Part shown: one piece after another, positions 11,801 to 25,522 of the stretch
How positions within the stretch are numbered: the first letter of the stretch is position 1
Layout of the letters: each line of letters starts with the position of its first letter
Assembly (NCBI RefSeq): GCF_009914755.1
Contig: NC_060928.1
Direction: 5' to 3' (one strand)
Length of the DNA stretch: 64,000 nucleotides
Origin: the human T2T-CHM13v2.0 reference genome, Homo sapiens
Notes under the pieces: generated by a model
What the model was told of the DNA's origin: nothing
What the model saw: only the letters and a program-made list of their open reading frames with translations
The model's database searches: none
Position numbers and translations under genes: made by a program

Positions 11801-12902
11801 AACATAAAAAGGAAATAATTAAAACAAAGCCTAAGGTGATAAGAAGAAACTAAGTAAATAAGTAATATAAGAACAAAGTAAACATGAGATAAAAGAAAAG
11901 TCTTATGAAAGAGTAAGAAAAGATAAATCAACTAAGAACAATTAACTGTGAGACTGTAAAACAAAAGGACTAAAAGATTAAAAGAAAAAGATAAATATGC
12001 AAAAACATTTTAAATGAACTCAAATAATAAAACGAGAATAAACTAGGGCATAAAGTGCTAACTAGAATAAAAGAAAGAAAATACACAGCACTACAAGTTC
12101 CAAAGTTTAACACACGCACGCATTTGTGTGCTGAGAGGTAAATCCCTAAATGTGCTAAGCAGATTCCACACACAATTGTTCTCCAGAAGTGGAAGGGCCC
12201 TACAGTGTCTTCTTTGGCCTAGAGTCCTCTGGCAAGTAGGAGGAGATACCATGACCATTGTATCATTATATTCATCTTTGGCCTTACTCTCCAGCCCAGG
12301 CTATGCTGAGAGATGTTTGCCAGACCTTAAATTGCTTCTGCAGAGTTTCCTGCTGGGTACCCACAGGCAGACAAATCTGTTTCCCTTGGGGTACTCTCTT
12401 CCAGTCAAGAGCTAGTTTCTTGCCTGGAGGATTTAGCATAATACCATTTAAGAGTTTATTCAAGAAAGTAAAAATGCTGGCTCTCTAAGCTTTAAAATGT
12501 TTTTCAAAATGCACAGGTCTTTTGGTGGGGCTTATTAATAATCCTCATTGTTAAATAAATCATTTCCAGAAAAGATAGCCTATGAAACTATACATTTACA
12601 TATGTTGTCCTTTATACAGAAGAAAAATAAATAATGATATAGTATTACAATATAGCGATATATTAATTGAAGTGTTCTTTTCTCTCCAACACTAATCCCT
12701 TTATCTATCACCTCTCATTTTTTTCAGGAGTCATGAAGCCAGTGGGAGTTATCAGAAAGGGATCTGAGAATGTTTGTGAGAAGTACTTTACTGAGTTAAA
12801 ATGTTACGGATCTAGATTTAAGTCTGATATATTTAAGAAATAAACCAAATAGTGACAAAATCTTAGGATGATTACTGCTCTCTTTTTTTTATTATATTAA
12901 AA

Positions 12903-13032
12903 CCCATTTATGCCTCATGATTTATTATTGGGAGGCTAAGCTTGTGGGGGTTACTTATATTCTCCTGCTCAAGATCATCACCAAGGTCTGATTTTTCACG
13001 AAAAGAAAATTGCAGCCTCAGGCATAAATGGG
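12903..13032 (+). mobile_element. MER85 non-autonomous piggyBac element (PGBD3-related MITE)
   Basis: Perfect 13-bp TIRs CCCATTTATGCCT / AGGCATAAATGGG. TTAA at the 3' flank (13033-13036) and TTAA+AA at the 5' flank. Internal ctgctcaagatcatcaccaaggtctgat matches recalled MER85. Confidence 0.9.
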
Positions 13033-14275
13033 TTAAGATCCACCAAACTGAGAAAGAGAGAGATTGGGAATAGAGGAAACAGGAGCATTAAATACTACAG
13101 GGGACACTGCACCTTCCTCCAACTTCCTAGAACTAAGTTTTGATAAAAAGGACTTTGACTTTTAAGGAATGACAGTGGACAGTTCCCATGCTTTAAACAC
13201 TGGATGAAGTACAAGACGCCAGAAAGTTTAAAAGACTCGGCATCATTATGCGGTGGTTGCAGAATAGAGCAGTTGTGTTATATGCCTAAACCCAAGAGCA
13301 CTGCAGACATTTTCCTAACTCTCTCATGGAATTTTTGCTAGATGGTATGGCATCAGAATGCACAGGCCAGCAAAAAAAGCCTATGGCTAAGATGAGGGGG
13401 TGTCAAATTAGACATCCTTTTTTTGTCCAATACAGCCAGGAGGTGAGTAAAAATGGAGCAGACTTTCAGAAAGTCATACCAAGGAACAGATTCAATAAAC
13501 AAGTTAGTGCCCACATATTAACCAATAGTCATTCACTGCATCACCTTGCATCATTGTGCAGAGAACGAGACAGGTTGACTTAAATGTGGAGTGAAAGGAA
13601 GCCTCCAGCATGGGATACATCATCTCCCTCTTGAAAATATGATACTTGAAATTGGGTTCTAAAGATATCCAAGAGCTTTGTGGAACGTCAAAGATAATTC
13701 AACTTTATTAGTACTGGAATGCCCTAGTTGGCTTAAGGAGCTCCTTGATGCTTTTGTCTGCCTAGATATGGAATGAATTTGTTACATCTCCATTTGAACT
13801 TATTATCTTGCAACATGCATTTTTACTGTTCTGCCTTATCTATATGTCTGCTATCTTCTCATTCATTTATTTATTGTTTCTTCCCTTGGATATGTTTGTA
13901 CATTCTGGAGCAGGGAAACAGGATAAGAAATTGTGGTGTGTAGAAAAAAGTCATTAAAACACCATTTAGGGAAACTTTACTGAAAAATATCAACCATAAT
14001 CCTGACAGGCTAGCACAAATGACATAAGATTGTTATTTTTAATAATTATATTTACAATCCCACCATGTAATTATCCACTGAAATATCCACAATAAGCCTT
14101 GGAGAGTGAAAGTTTTCTATTTCAACCATGAATCCTAGTGGTTATGTCTTTAACAGTAAATTTTGTATTCTTCTTTGTTAAATATTAATGTTCTTTGAAA
14201 TATATAAATATTTTAAGCTGCTAAGAGAAAAATAATCAAAGAAAATATTTTTACCTTTAATGAACTGCTTATAGA

Positions 14276-14580
14276 TTTCTTTTTTTTTCTTTTTCTTTCT
14301 TTATATATTTTTTGAGATGGAGTATCCCTCTGTCTCCCAGTGGCGCAATCTCGGCTCACTGCAATCACTGACTCCTGGATTCAAGCAATTCTCTGCCTCA
14401 GACTCCTGAGTAGCTGGGATTACAGGTATGCCCCACCATGCCTGGCTAACTTTTGTATTTTTAGTAGAGATGGGGTTTCACCATGTTCACCAGTGGTCTT
14501 GAACTCCTGGCCTCAAGTGATCCGCCCGCCTAGGCCTCCCAAAGTGCTGGGATTACAAGAGTGGGCCACCGCATGCAGCC
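14276..14580 (-). mobile_element. Alu (S-like) with a 12-bp internal deletion
   Basis: Reverse Alu body. TSD gaactgcttatag (14262-14274) / gaactgctcatag (14581-14593). cccag|tggcgc lacks gctggagtgcag, a deletion between CAG microhomologies. Confidence 0.95.
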
Positions 14581-15799
14581 GAACTGCTCATAGTTTTATT
14601 GCATCTTTCAGTTTTCAAAAGTGAGATTAAAGAAGAGTTATTTCAGAAATTTAATTTCTCATTGCTGTGATAAATGTAGCATTACATTAGACAGATTGGG
14701 ATAATGAGTTACAGAAGAAACAAAAACCCACCACCTTGAGGTCCACACCATGTAGCAATGCCACAAACAACAAAAACTCAATCTTTGCTTGAAATCACCT
14801 CAAGAGGAGTATTTGGGTTTATATTCCCTAACAAGGTTATTGCTTGAGGAACACAAAGATATAATTTATAAACCAATTATTCGATAGAACATTTTCCATA
14901 CATTCTCTAGATTGGGAATCAGAGGTAAGGAAAAAAACGGTGTTTCCCCCCTGCACCCCCCACCCCATGGCTATTTCATCCAGTGGAGAAACCATACTAA
15001 CATGGTCATGCTAATATAACATACAACAAGGGAGTGCTTCAGATCACTGAAAACCTTCTACCATGAAGTCCACGTGGCTCCAACTTACTTGTTCTCTGGT
15101 TCAAGCTACTGCTGAACTTGCTTCACCTTCCAACACCAATTAAATGCAAGATAATAGATCATCTGGTCTTAAACAAAAGCATTTGGGTCTTTTTTATAAG
15201 ACAGAGCTGTGCCCTGGATAGTGTTAGGCTCAAAGACAGGCACGTCCTTATCTAATGATTAATGGGACTTAAATTACATTACTGGTTTCCTTGTTAATTT
15301 CTGATATGGGCACCATTGGTATAATTGGTATATTATGAACTCTCATTTCAGTACTAATTTCTACTTTCTGATGGCTTTTCTTCATTTCTCCTGTGAAATG
15401 TTTTTCACTATAAAATTTGGAACCATATTTCATGATTGATAACTTACCGCATATCATCAAGTACTTCTTCAAATGTTTCCTCTTTTTCTCAGTCTTAAGT
15501 ATTTCCCACAAGGATATTTCCTTCCCCTGTACCATATTGAAAATAGAACGCTACTTTATTTATAATTCAATTATCTCGGAATCAGAAGATATAAACGATT
15601 AATGCTATTGAACACTTTTTCACGTACTCATCAGTCTTTTGTACAAATACATTGATTTTTAAGTTGGTGTCTTAAAATCTAAAGTTCTTCCACAAAAACA
15701 ATGTATCATTTTCTTCCTTGTATTTCTCATGGTAGTCTGTGAAATGCTTTTCTGAAGTAAATATAAAATATATTACTGAGCCCTCTTACATCCTGAAAG

Positions 15800-16500
15800 T
15801 TTCTTAAATCTGTCCACATCCCTCCATCTGTGTTCCACTAGCTTTGCCAACACCACCTTCATATTTGGTCTTGTCTATAACAATAGCCTGTTAATTGCTT
15901 CCCTCTGTCAAATGTAGCTCTCTTATAAACCATTCCTTAAACTGTAACCAGCTGAATCTTTTCAATATTTTACTGTAATTATGCCACTTTTTTAAAAGAA
16001 CTTCCTCTTCCTTATAGAAGAAAACACTTCACATAAGCCTCCAGGCCTCCTGTTCTATAAAATGTCTTGTCTCCAGCTTCATACTGAAGCTGTCCAACTT
16101 CTCTATACATAGAAAAGTCATTACCTATCCTGACTTCCTGTTTCTTCCTGTTACTTACTACAGTCTCTCCTTTTATATACTCATTCTGGAATTATTTTTC
16201 TCTACATCCTTTTTCTTAACAAGTAGTAAACTATAAACTCTTCTTTTATACTTAAATTTAATCACCATTTCTCAAGAAGAAAATTTTCTAAAATCTCCAT
16301 CAGGTTCCTCATTGACACATTTTCAAAGTGCATATCCTATATGCATGTAGTGTAATTCTTCAATTTATCTACCCCAATTAGAATATAAATCCAATGAGGG
16401 CAGGGATTTCATTACCTTTTCTTGCATTCCATTATACTGTAGCACATGGCACAGAATTCTGCAAATAAAACTATTCAATATCTATATTTAAGAAAATTAG
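15800..16500 (+). mobile_element. L2 LINE 3' fragment (approximate)
   Basis: Typical L2 3' motifs (aatagcctgttaattgcttccct; tagaatataaatccaatgagggcaggga; tagcacatggcacag); highly diverged. Confidence 0.6.
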
Positions 16501-17281
16501 TGAAGGAAAGAATAAATCTGATACACATGAATAATAATTACTTTTTTCAGTAGTAACATTGGATTTTTTTTTCTGAGCAGTTGACCTCTTCATTATATTT
16601 AAATATGTATTAAATCAATGAATGTTCAAAAATGTATGAAAATAAATCACTTATTTATCATAGTTGTGTCCATTTAGAAGTTAGTACTTTCAAAGACTAG
16701 CAACAATAAGATTTCTATAACAGTAGATTAATAAAATATCTACTGTTATAGAAATAGAGTTCATTTCGTAGAACTTGATTAATAGAGTCCATTCTTCTAA
16801 TGAGATAAGGTGAGAGTAATTTGAAAAATACTGTGAAACTAATAATAATTATATGCATTTGTGATCATTTTTAATGGAAAAATAAGCAATCAAACTATTA
16901 ACTGCATTAAAAAGTTTGGAGCCTTGCTAATTATTATTTCTCAGATGTAAAATTTTGTATTTCTCATTTAAATAACATCCATTTTGTTTATTTGATTGTA
17001 ATTCATGTCGTATCTAAGTAAAATTTTAAAAACACTGAATTGTCTTATACACCAAATATTTTCTTTCAGGCTCTACTAGAAGTCTAACAAAAATATATCA
17101 AGAAAACATTCTTACAAAGCTGGTACATTCAGAAAAAATATAGTCTAAAATAAATTTATTTAATTTGCTCACTGAAGAAGGGAACTCATGTACTTTGCAG
17201 TTACAGAGATATACTTAATAGTTGGGAAATCTTTATTCAGCAATGGTAACTCTCTAAGCATAGTTTACTCATTCATTAAAT

Positions 17282-17314
<33 letters not shown>

Positions 17315-17341
17315 CATATACACACAAACACACACACACAC
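17282..17341. repeat. (CA)n microsatellite, interrupted
   Basis: Seen directly. Confidence 0.95.
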
Positions 17342-20057
17342 GCAAGATGCCTAACTCACAGTGTTATTGTAAATGTTAAAGGAAATGACTGCGTGAAGTT
17401 TCTATAATACTATGCGGCATTTGAGCAAAAAATAAAAATAAAACTTTTTCCCCAAACTCCTACTTATTTTATACCATATTTTATAACACTGTATTTTGTT
17501 TGTTTGACATTTGATCCTATACTACTTGGATGATCTATTTATGGGAATAGCTGGGAATGGAGTAGACTGTCTCTGAACTGGCAAGAAGTAAAATGCAAAA
17601 TGTTTTTGAAGAATTATTCTTGCATCTGTTCTTAAATTGTGTTCCACTTTTGACATTAAGTTCAGAGCTAGAAAAAAGACAACAAACAATTCAATCTGTC
17701 AGTAAGGTACTTTTTATTTGCCTGGAGCGTCTGAGTAATATAGCACTCAAAATGCAAGCTAAGAAAGAAGTGCTGAGGAAAGTGCTTCTGAAACAAGACA
17801 ATTCTAACAATAGCTATTTAGAACTTTAAAAATTTATCTGAAAAACCTAATGAAGAGAAATAAGGTAATACCTTGATTCCAAGATCCCCTGACTGGGTGG
17901 TGGCAGATTTTGTTCTTGTATAGAAATATATGTTCTCTCAAGGAAAAAGAAGAAGAAACAATAAAACTATAAGTAGAAGACATGTTACAGAGTGTTGAAT
18001 GTCCTGGGCCCCAAACTAATAGATGAATATGCTATGAATGTGTGACTTTAGAGTTTTCAATTTTAACAAAAAAGAAAAACAGAAGGCTTTGTTCATTAGT
18101 GTTGGTTCTATTGTCTACTAGTTACTTTTTCTTTCTTTTTGAGAAACATCCTCTTTTATGATGCACCTCAAAGTTAAAATCTTGACATTAACATCATTTT
18201 AAATAAATCAGCAAAATTAAAATCACTTCTTCTGAGTAAATATATCTTCACAATAATCAGTTGATTCGTCAAATTTCACAGAAAATCCATTCTGGAGCAG
18301 TCTCTCACAAAGATGATTCAAAATTGGGAAACCTTTTTACTGTGGTCATTTGGATGTCTATTTTGAAATCAAAATCTGTGCCTTAAACTCATATCCCGAA
18401 GCATGAATGAATTTCATTCTGTCAACTTTATGTTTTCAAAGTCAACCATTTTTCTATCATCTGAATAACTTTTTAAATTAAGATTTTACCTCACTTTCAG
18501 CTTTATTTCAAAAATTATTTTCATTTAGCTTTAATATAGTAGAAGATATGCTATAGGTGCTGAAAACATGCAAGTTAACTGAAAGCCTTGGGTCCTGCTC
18601 TTACACATTGTAAATAAATATTGGTTACAGTTATATTTGTTGTGAAAAAAGAACTTGCAAAACAATTTTTGAATTATCAGACCTATATTCTAAAATTAGG
18701 TGCAATATCCTTCCACACTGGAATTTCCTAAAAAAATATGGGAAGGGAAAAATCTATTTGTGATTATTAAATTACTAGCCCTCCTGAAATGAAGCACAGG
18801 GAATATGAGGAAAAATTTGAAGGAGGATTTTTATGGTATAAGCTGTGTTGTATGTCCTCCAACCCCTACCCTGAAGGAAGGGTTCTAGGACTATATACTA
18901 GCTCCTAATTCCAAACCGAGGAAAAGAAGGTTGGATGAAACATTTTTCCCAGCCAAAAGAACAATATGTGGATTACATGCAAAAGAGGGCTGCCCTGGAA
19001 TCATCTTAGCTTATGTTCAAGAGGGCACCCTGGAGGAATAGAGCTCAGAAGAATGAATATAAGGTATCACAACACGTCTACAGGAGAACAAAGGAGTTCT
19101 CATCTTGGGAACTATTGATGAAAGATTCAAAGAGAGGCAAATCTCGAAATAACCCACAAATGTGTTCATGGCAAAAACAACTTTCAGTATCTGCCAATTC
19201 CAGTTAGTATCGTAGTTCTACTGAAATCAAAAAATTGATGTCTCTGTTTGCAGTTCTTCTCCCCCATCTGAGAATGGTCAGAATTATGGTTAACAAAAAG
19301 GAGGAAGAAAAAGCTTGCAGTGAAAGAAACACAGGAAAAATTGACTGTACCTCTCTCTGCAACTGTTGATTTCTCCCTGGAATAAGAGTTAGCTGTGGGA
19401 AGAGAGAAACTTCACATTAATAGAAGCTTTGAATATTTAAATTACATAATTAAAACTGAATTTTGCTAATTTAAAGTAGCCATATGGCCTATTATTACCT
19501 AAGAATAATACCTAGGAAATTATGACAGTTGTTCTAGATTTCCTCTAAAGTCATGGTAAAGAATTTTTTTAATTTATTTTTTTCTTTAGAGAATGAAAAT
19601 AGATTTATGACTGAATAAGAATTAAATCAGAATGGGATGCACATCACATGCAATTTGCTGAGACTGCAAAGATAGAAAGAAATCTCACCCTTTTATATAG
19701 CCAAACAGATATAACCCATTATACACAAGTTCTCGAGATATACCATAACTAGTCTTCAAGTAACAGGGCTTGGCAGAACCATTTATTACACATAATGCAT
19801 CTTAAATTTACCTGGAAATTGAGGATGATAATCTGTATTAGCTGAAGGGTTTTATACAAAGGAAAAATAAACTTCTCCTGTCTTTATGACATAGGTAGTT
19901 TTATAACTGGAAGCAAGTCATCCATCAAAGATGGGCTTCTACACTCACACAGAAACTGGGATGTAGGGGCACTATCTTACTTGATGTTTGTTAACATTTC
20001 AAAGAAATGGCTCCTAGGTCCTTCAGAAAGACATTTCTGGGTCTTAAAACTGGCATG

Positions 20058-20812
<755 letters not shown>

Positions 20813-20944
20813 TAAAGCTTGCAAGGGCCTTATTAAGATTCTTAAAATATTATACATACTACAAAGAGACAGATAAAGAACTTACAAGTTTTCTAAAGTA
20901 AACACTCTAAGAAAAGGTTGAGGGAGACGTCTCTTCTTTTATTT

Positions 20945-21222
20945 TTTAAAAAATTCAACTTTTATTTTAGATTCAAGGGGTACATTTAGATCAAGGGGTA
21001 CATTGATTTTATTTTAGAATCAAGGGGTATTTAGATTCAAGGGGTACCCAGGTTTGTTTCCTGGGTAGAGTGTGTGATGCTGAGGCTTGGGATAGGGTTG
21101 ATCCTGTCACCCAGGAACTGAGCACAGTACCCAGTAGTTACATTTGAACCCTTGACACCCTTCCTCCCCTAACCTAGTAGTCCCCAGTTTGTATTGTTAC
21201 CATCTTTATGTCCATGAGTACC
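20945..21222 (-). mobile_element. L1PA/PB-type 3' end fragment with a local four-fold amplification
   Basis: ttttagattcaaggggtac...tgatgctgagg...gtcacccagg...catctttatgtccatgagtacc is the reverse of an old L1P 3' end. Confidence 0.75.
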
Positions 21223-24200
21223 AAACACAGGGTAAAGAAATTGCTCTACAGAACTGATTTAAAGTGACAGTGAATATAAAAATATATGTATGTTATTAAA
21301 ATTTTCAGGATTTTATTTACATGACATAATGCTTACTTAGCAAAGAGAAAATCACCTTGAACAACTCAATAAAAATGAAATTCTGCTATAAAGTAAAGCA
21401 GACCTCACAGAACCCCAAAGCAATGGGAGCTGAGCCAGAGAGAGGAGAATCAAATGACAAAACATCATGAAAGCCTTCCCCTGACCCCACATCGTTTCTC
21501 TTTGCACGTTGACTCTCTCCAGATTTTGTATCCCTCCCTTCTTGGTTCATTAGTTAGAGAAAAAATGCCTCCAAGCCTTTCACAGATCAAACTTCCTTAG
21601 GAAAGCATATAGAACTGTCTTGCCACCAAACGATATTTTCAGAGAGGTGTTTTCAATCATGGTCAGGAGACTTGTCCTATTGCATAAACACAGCTGCCAA
21701 TGAAGCCACCACTGTAACCATGGGGATAACAGAAGAGGGACTATATAAAGTACGTGGTCACTACAAAAGAAGATGAAATGCTGTGTACTAAGTGTTATCA
21801 TAAATGCAATAAATGATACCATGTAAACAGAGATACAGCATTCTAATAAGACTTTGATAGAAGTGGTGAGAAGGAAAATAAAAATTGTTCCAAAGAAGTG
21901 ATTTTACTATTTGTAACAGGGCAAAGAGTTTTGCCATAGTGTTATTTGCCAATGAAAATTATCTGGACATAAAAGGTGATGAAGCAGGCAACTTGCGGCT
22001 CAGCTTTTATTGATTAACCACATCAGTACTTCAGGCTATTATGTTTTAGGGGTACTGCAAATAAATTGTGTTTGTCTCTTTAGAATTTTAATACAATCTG
22101 GGAATCTTTGTTTTTTAGCAGAGAAGCTAAAACGTTTATATTCATTGTCATAGATGATATTTTGGCTTTACATCTGTCATATTGCTTTTTATTATTTATT
22201 GCTTTATTTTCTTTGTTTTTGCAATGTGTATTTCCTGATTTATATGTTTGTACAGTGTAAGCTTGGCAAACCAGATTAGTTTCTAGGCATAAATATAGTA
22301 TCACAAACTTTGTCTTTCAAAACTCAAAGACATTTTTCTCTGTTGAGTTCTGGCAATTAGAATTAAGTTGGAGAAATCGGAGAATGGCAACTTTTTATTT
22401 CTTCCTAGATCACCTCCTCTTCTGGTCTACATTGCATAAGCATTATTTTATTCCGTATCCTTAAATTTTTTTAAAAATTCCTCAGAAATGAATCTAATTT
22501 CATTAATTTTGCCTATGATATGGTAAGCTTATTGAATTGTTTTTAATGTTTTTATTTAAACTTAGTAGAAGTCTCTTCAAAGCAAGTATTATTATTGCTT
22601 CTGTTCTAAATGTTCTTCTTTCTTCCTCGGGAATATGTAACTTTCTTTGGATAGACATCTATCATCATTTTTCCTGTTTCTTATCTTCCTAATATATTTT
22701 GAAAATTATTTCTTTGCATCGTGGTATATCATTCCTCCACAACACTGTTTTGACTGCAAGGCAAATTCTACTCTGCTGTCTACAGTGTGTCCCATTACAA
22801 ATGAACTGGGACAAACTAGAAGAACTGCTCTTTCATTTCAGTCAACATCTTTTAAGATTATTTGTCACTGCCTACAGCTTATTTTGTAATTCGCAGGATC
22901 ACATTCACCTCAGCCTTAACTGATTGAACCAGAGAGACCATGGGACACAAGAGAGATAAAATCACAGGCTTAAGGGAGCTCATCTAATTAGCAACTAAGA
23001 ATTTGATCGCTGGAGCTAGAGACTGAGTGACTGAATCATATTTATGGAACAAACCTAATAACAAGGTCTCAAACTCCTACTGCTGAGGTTTTTTTTCCCC
23101 TTTCCTGGGAATAATTTTGTTTCTTTGCTTTTCTATAGCTTCTCCTTAGACACTTCAATTTCTGCATTCTACTGTAAGTCCAAACCTCTTTCTTTTAGCT
23201 AGTTTCTGTATTTAATATCTGTGATCTTTTTTTATAAAATAGCAAAGATGTTCTTCCTTATGGCTTTGTGCTACTATTAATTGATCCTTCTTGAATCTTA
23301 TTAAAATACCAAATAGATTTCTAAAATATTACTATAATAAATCATTTTTAAAAGGTACATTTTTCCTTTCACTTTCAAGATAGGGTTCCTCTTTATCAGA
23401 TTGTAGTATATTTCCATGGGTCCAACTTTATTTTCTTACTCATTATTCATCCTCGAAAACACACATATATACCTAAAATTAAACTCTGCAAACTACTCTG
23501 CATGTGTGGGGTGTACAATATTCTCTTCTCTGTACCTTTGTGTTCCAATCAAATTCTTTTTTGTATGGAAAGAGAGTTAATGAAAAACACCAAGAGCAAC
23601 AATAATAGTGTTCAGGTTTCACTCTCCTGTGATTCTTCCTCTTTGTACCCAGACATGAGTTAACTTGATGGAATTACATACCAGCATCCAAATATAATTC
23701 TTGCAAAGCCATCCTTCCTCCAATCCAGTGTATCCCTACAGCTGGCTAATACTGCGCTGTTTATTCTCCCAAGTTTAGGCCACTGGAGAGAAGAATGAAT
23801 GAAAAGTCTTCCTAACATTAGACCAACAGGCATCTTGCCATTGACTAGGATTTTTCATTCAATTACACAGGGTTTGCGGAAATGACAAATTTCTTCTTAA
23901 ATTGGGCTGGACATCAGTCTTTGTTTTCCACCATGTTTGTGTGTCATTGTTTTCTGTTTCCTCATGGAATTTTATGAGGAGTTAGAAAGACTGCATCAGT
24001 ACTGATATTCAGATACTCTGCATTGGTATTTCAATGTTAAATTTGTACACCGGAATTTGAGTTATTTCTTTTCATTGTTTCATTACATTAATATATTATT
24101 TAGTTTGCAACAACTGGTCTCCAAATGTGTTTATTTTCTCACTTAAATATAAGTGATGAAATAGACTATATATTCAATAGAATAATGATACTATCATCAA

Positions 24201-24669
24201 TAACATTATGGAATGATCAACAATGCCATAAAAAGTTTATTTATAGAAAGTAGTGATCAATATGAATTAGATATTAACTGAGTTGAGAAATTTCCAAATC
24301 AAACCTCAATTAAAACAATTTGAATTTAGGTTCACAATCTCTTGACACACATTCCATTTAAACATTAATTCTATTGTTACAGGAAAAGGGGCCCTGATCC
24401 AGACCGCCAAAAAGGGTTCTTGGATCTTGCACAAGAAGTAATTCAGGGCAAGTCCATTGAGTAAAGTGAAAGCAAGTTTATTAAAAAAGTAAAGGAATAA
24501 AAGAATGGCTACTTCACAGACAGAGCAGCCCCGAGGGCTGATGGTTGCCTATTTTTATGGCTATTTCTTGATGATATGCTAAACAAGGGGTGGATTATTT
24601 ATGCCTCCCCTTTTTAGACCACATAGGGTAACTTCCTGACATTGCCATGGCATTTGTAAACTGTCATGG

Positions 24670-25503
24670 TGATATGGAAGTGAAGTGCTGGAAAGGGTTT
24701 GGTCCCTTTAAATGATATAGAAGGGGGTAAGGGAAGTGCTGGGTAGAAGAGGCTGTCGTACCTGGCTAGGGCTCCACCCCCAGGCCTGTGCCCTTGGACC
24801 TAGCTGAGGACAGGCATTTTTGTTTTCCTGCCCAAATGTCGTATTTCCCAAGAGCCCCCTGGCCTGCCGTGCCCCGATCCTGTGCCTATAAAAACCTCTG
24901 AGACCCTAACAGGCAGACACACAGGCAGCTGAACTTTGAGAGGAGCTCATCAGCAGAGGAATACACAGGCAGCTGGATGTCAAGCAGAGTGGACCAACAG
25001 GCACTGGCACACAGGCAGAACGACGTAGAGAGTGGCTGGGGCAGTCGGAGGAGAGCCTGGGCTGCTGAGCGGCCTGACTCTAGGGAAAAACCTTCCCAGT
25101 TCATCGCTTTTCTGGCTCCCCTCATCTGCTGAGAGCTACCTCCACTCAATAAAACCTTGCACTCGTTCTCCAAGCCCAGGCGTTATCCCATTCTTCTGGT
25201 ACACCAAGGCAAGAACCCAGGATACAGAAAGCCTTCCTGTCTTTGTGACAAGGTAGAGGGTTTAATTCAGCAGGTTAACACAAGCCACCTATGGACGGCT
25301 AAACTAAAAGAGCACCCAGTAACACATGTCCACTGGGACTTCAGCTGTAAACATTCACCCCTAGACACTGCCATGGGGCTGGAGCCCCACAGCCTGCTTG
25401 TCTGTATGCTCCCCGAGAGGTTTGAGCAGCAGGGCACTGAAGAAGTGAGTCACACCCCCATCACACTCCCTGCAAAGGAGACAAGGGAACTTTTCCTGTT
25501 TCA
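24670..25503 (+). promoter_or_regulatory. 5' LTR (LTR1 family) with intact TATA box and poly(A) signal
   Basis: TATAAAA at 24887-24893 and AATAAA at 25148-25153; homologous to 28491-29318. Confidence 0.8.
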
Positions 25504-25505
25504 AC

Positions 25506-25522
25506 TGGGGCTCATCTAGGAT
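25506..25522 (+). other. Primer-binding site, tRNA-Pro type (decayed)
   Basis: tggggctcatctaggat versus canonical TGGGGGCTCGTCCGGGAT; located 2 nt after the LTR end, with differences mostly at CpG positions. Confidence 0.8.

Noticed and set aside
11730-12085. Long A/purine-rich tract
   Set aside because: Low-complexity sequence with no periodic unit or coding signal.
12715-13450. Acceptor-like tttttttcag|G (12728) and donor-like GAG|GTGAGT (about 13443) as a possible exon
   Set aside because: The implied exon would be ~715 nt with no open frame; such motifs are common by chance and there is no transcript evidence.
18840-19560. Possible ancient Gypsy-like LTR
   Set aside because: Only vague motif resemblance; boundaries and family cannot be supported without a profile search.
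20966-21047. Short direct repeats as a CRISPR-like array
   Set aside because: Primate DNA, no unique spacers, no cas genes; the unit is L1 3'-end sequence.
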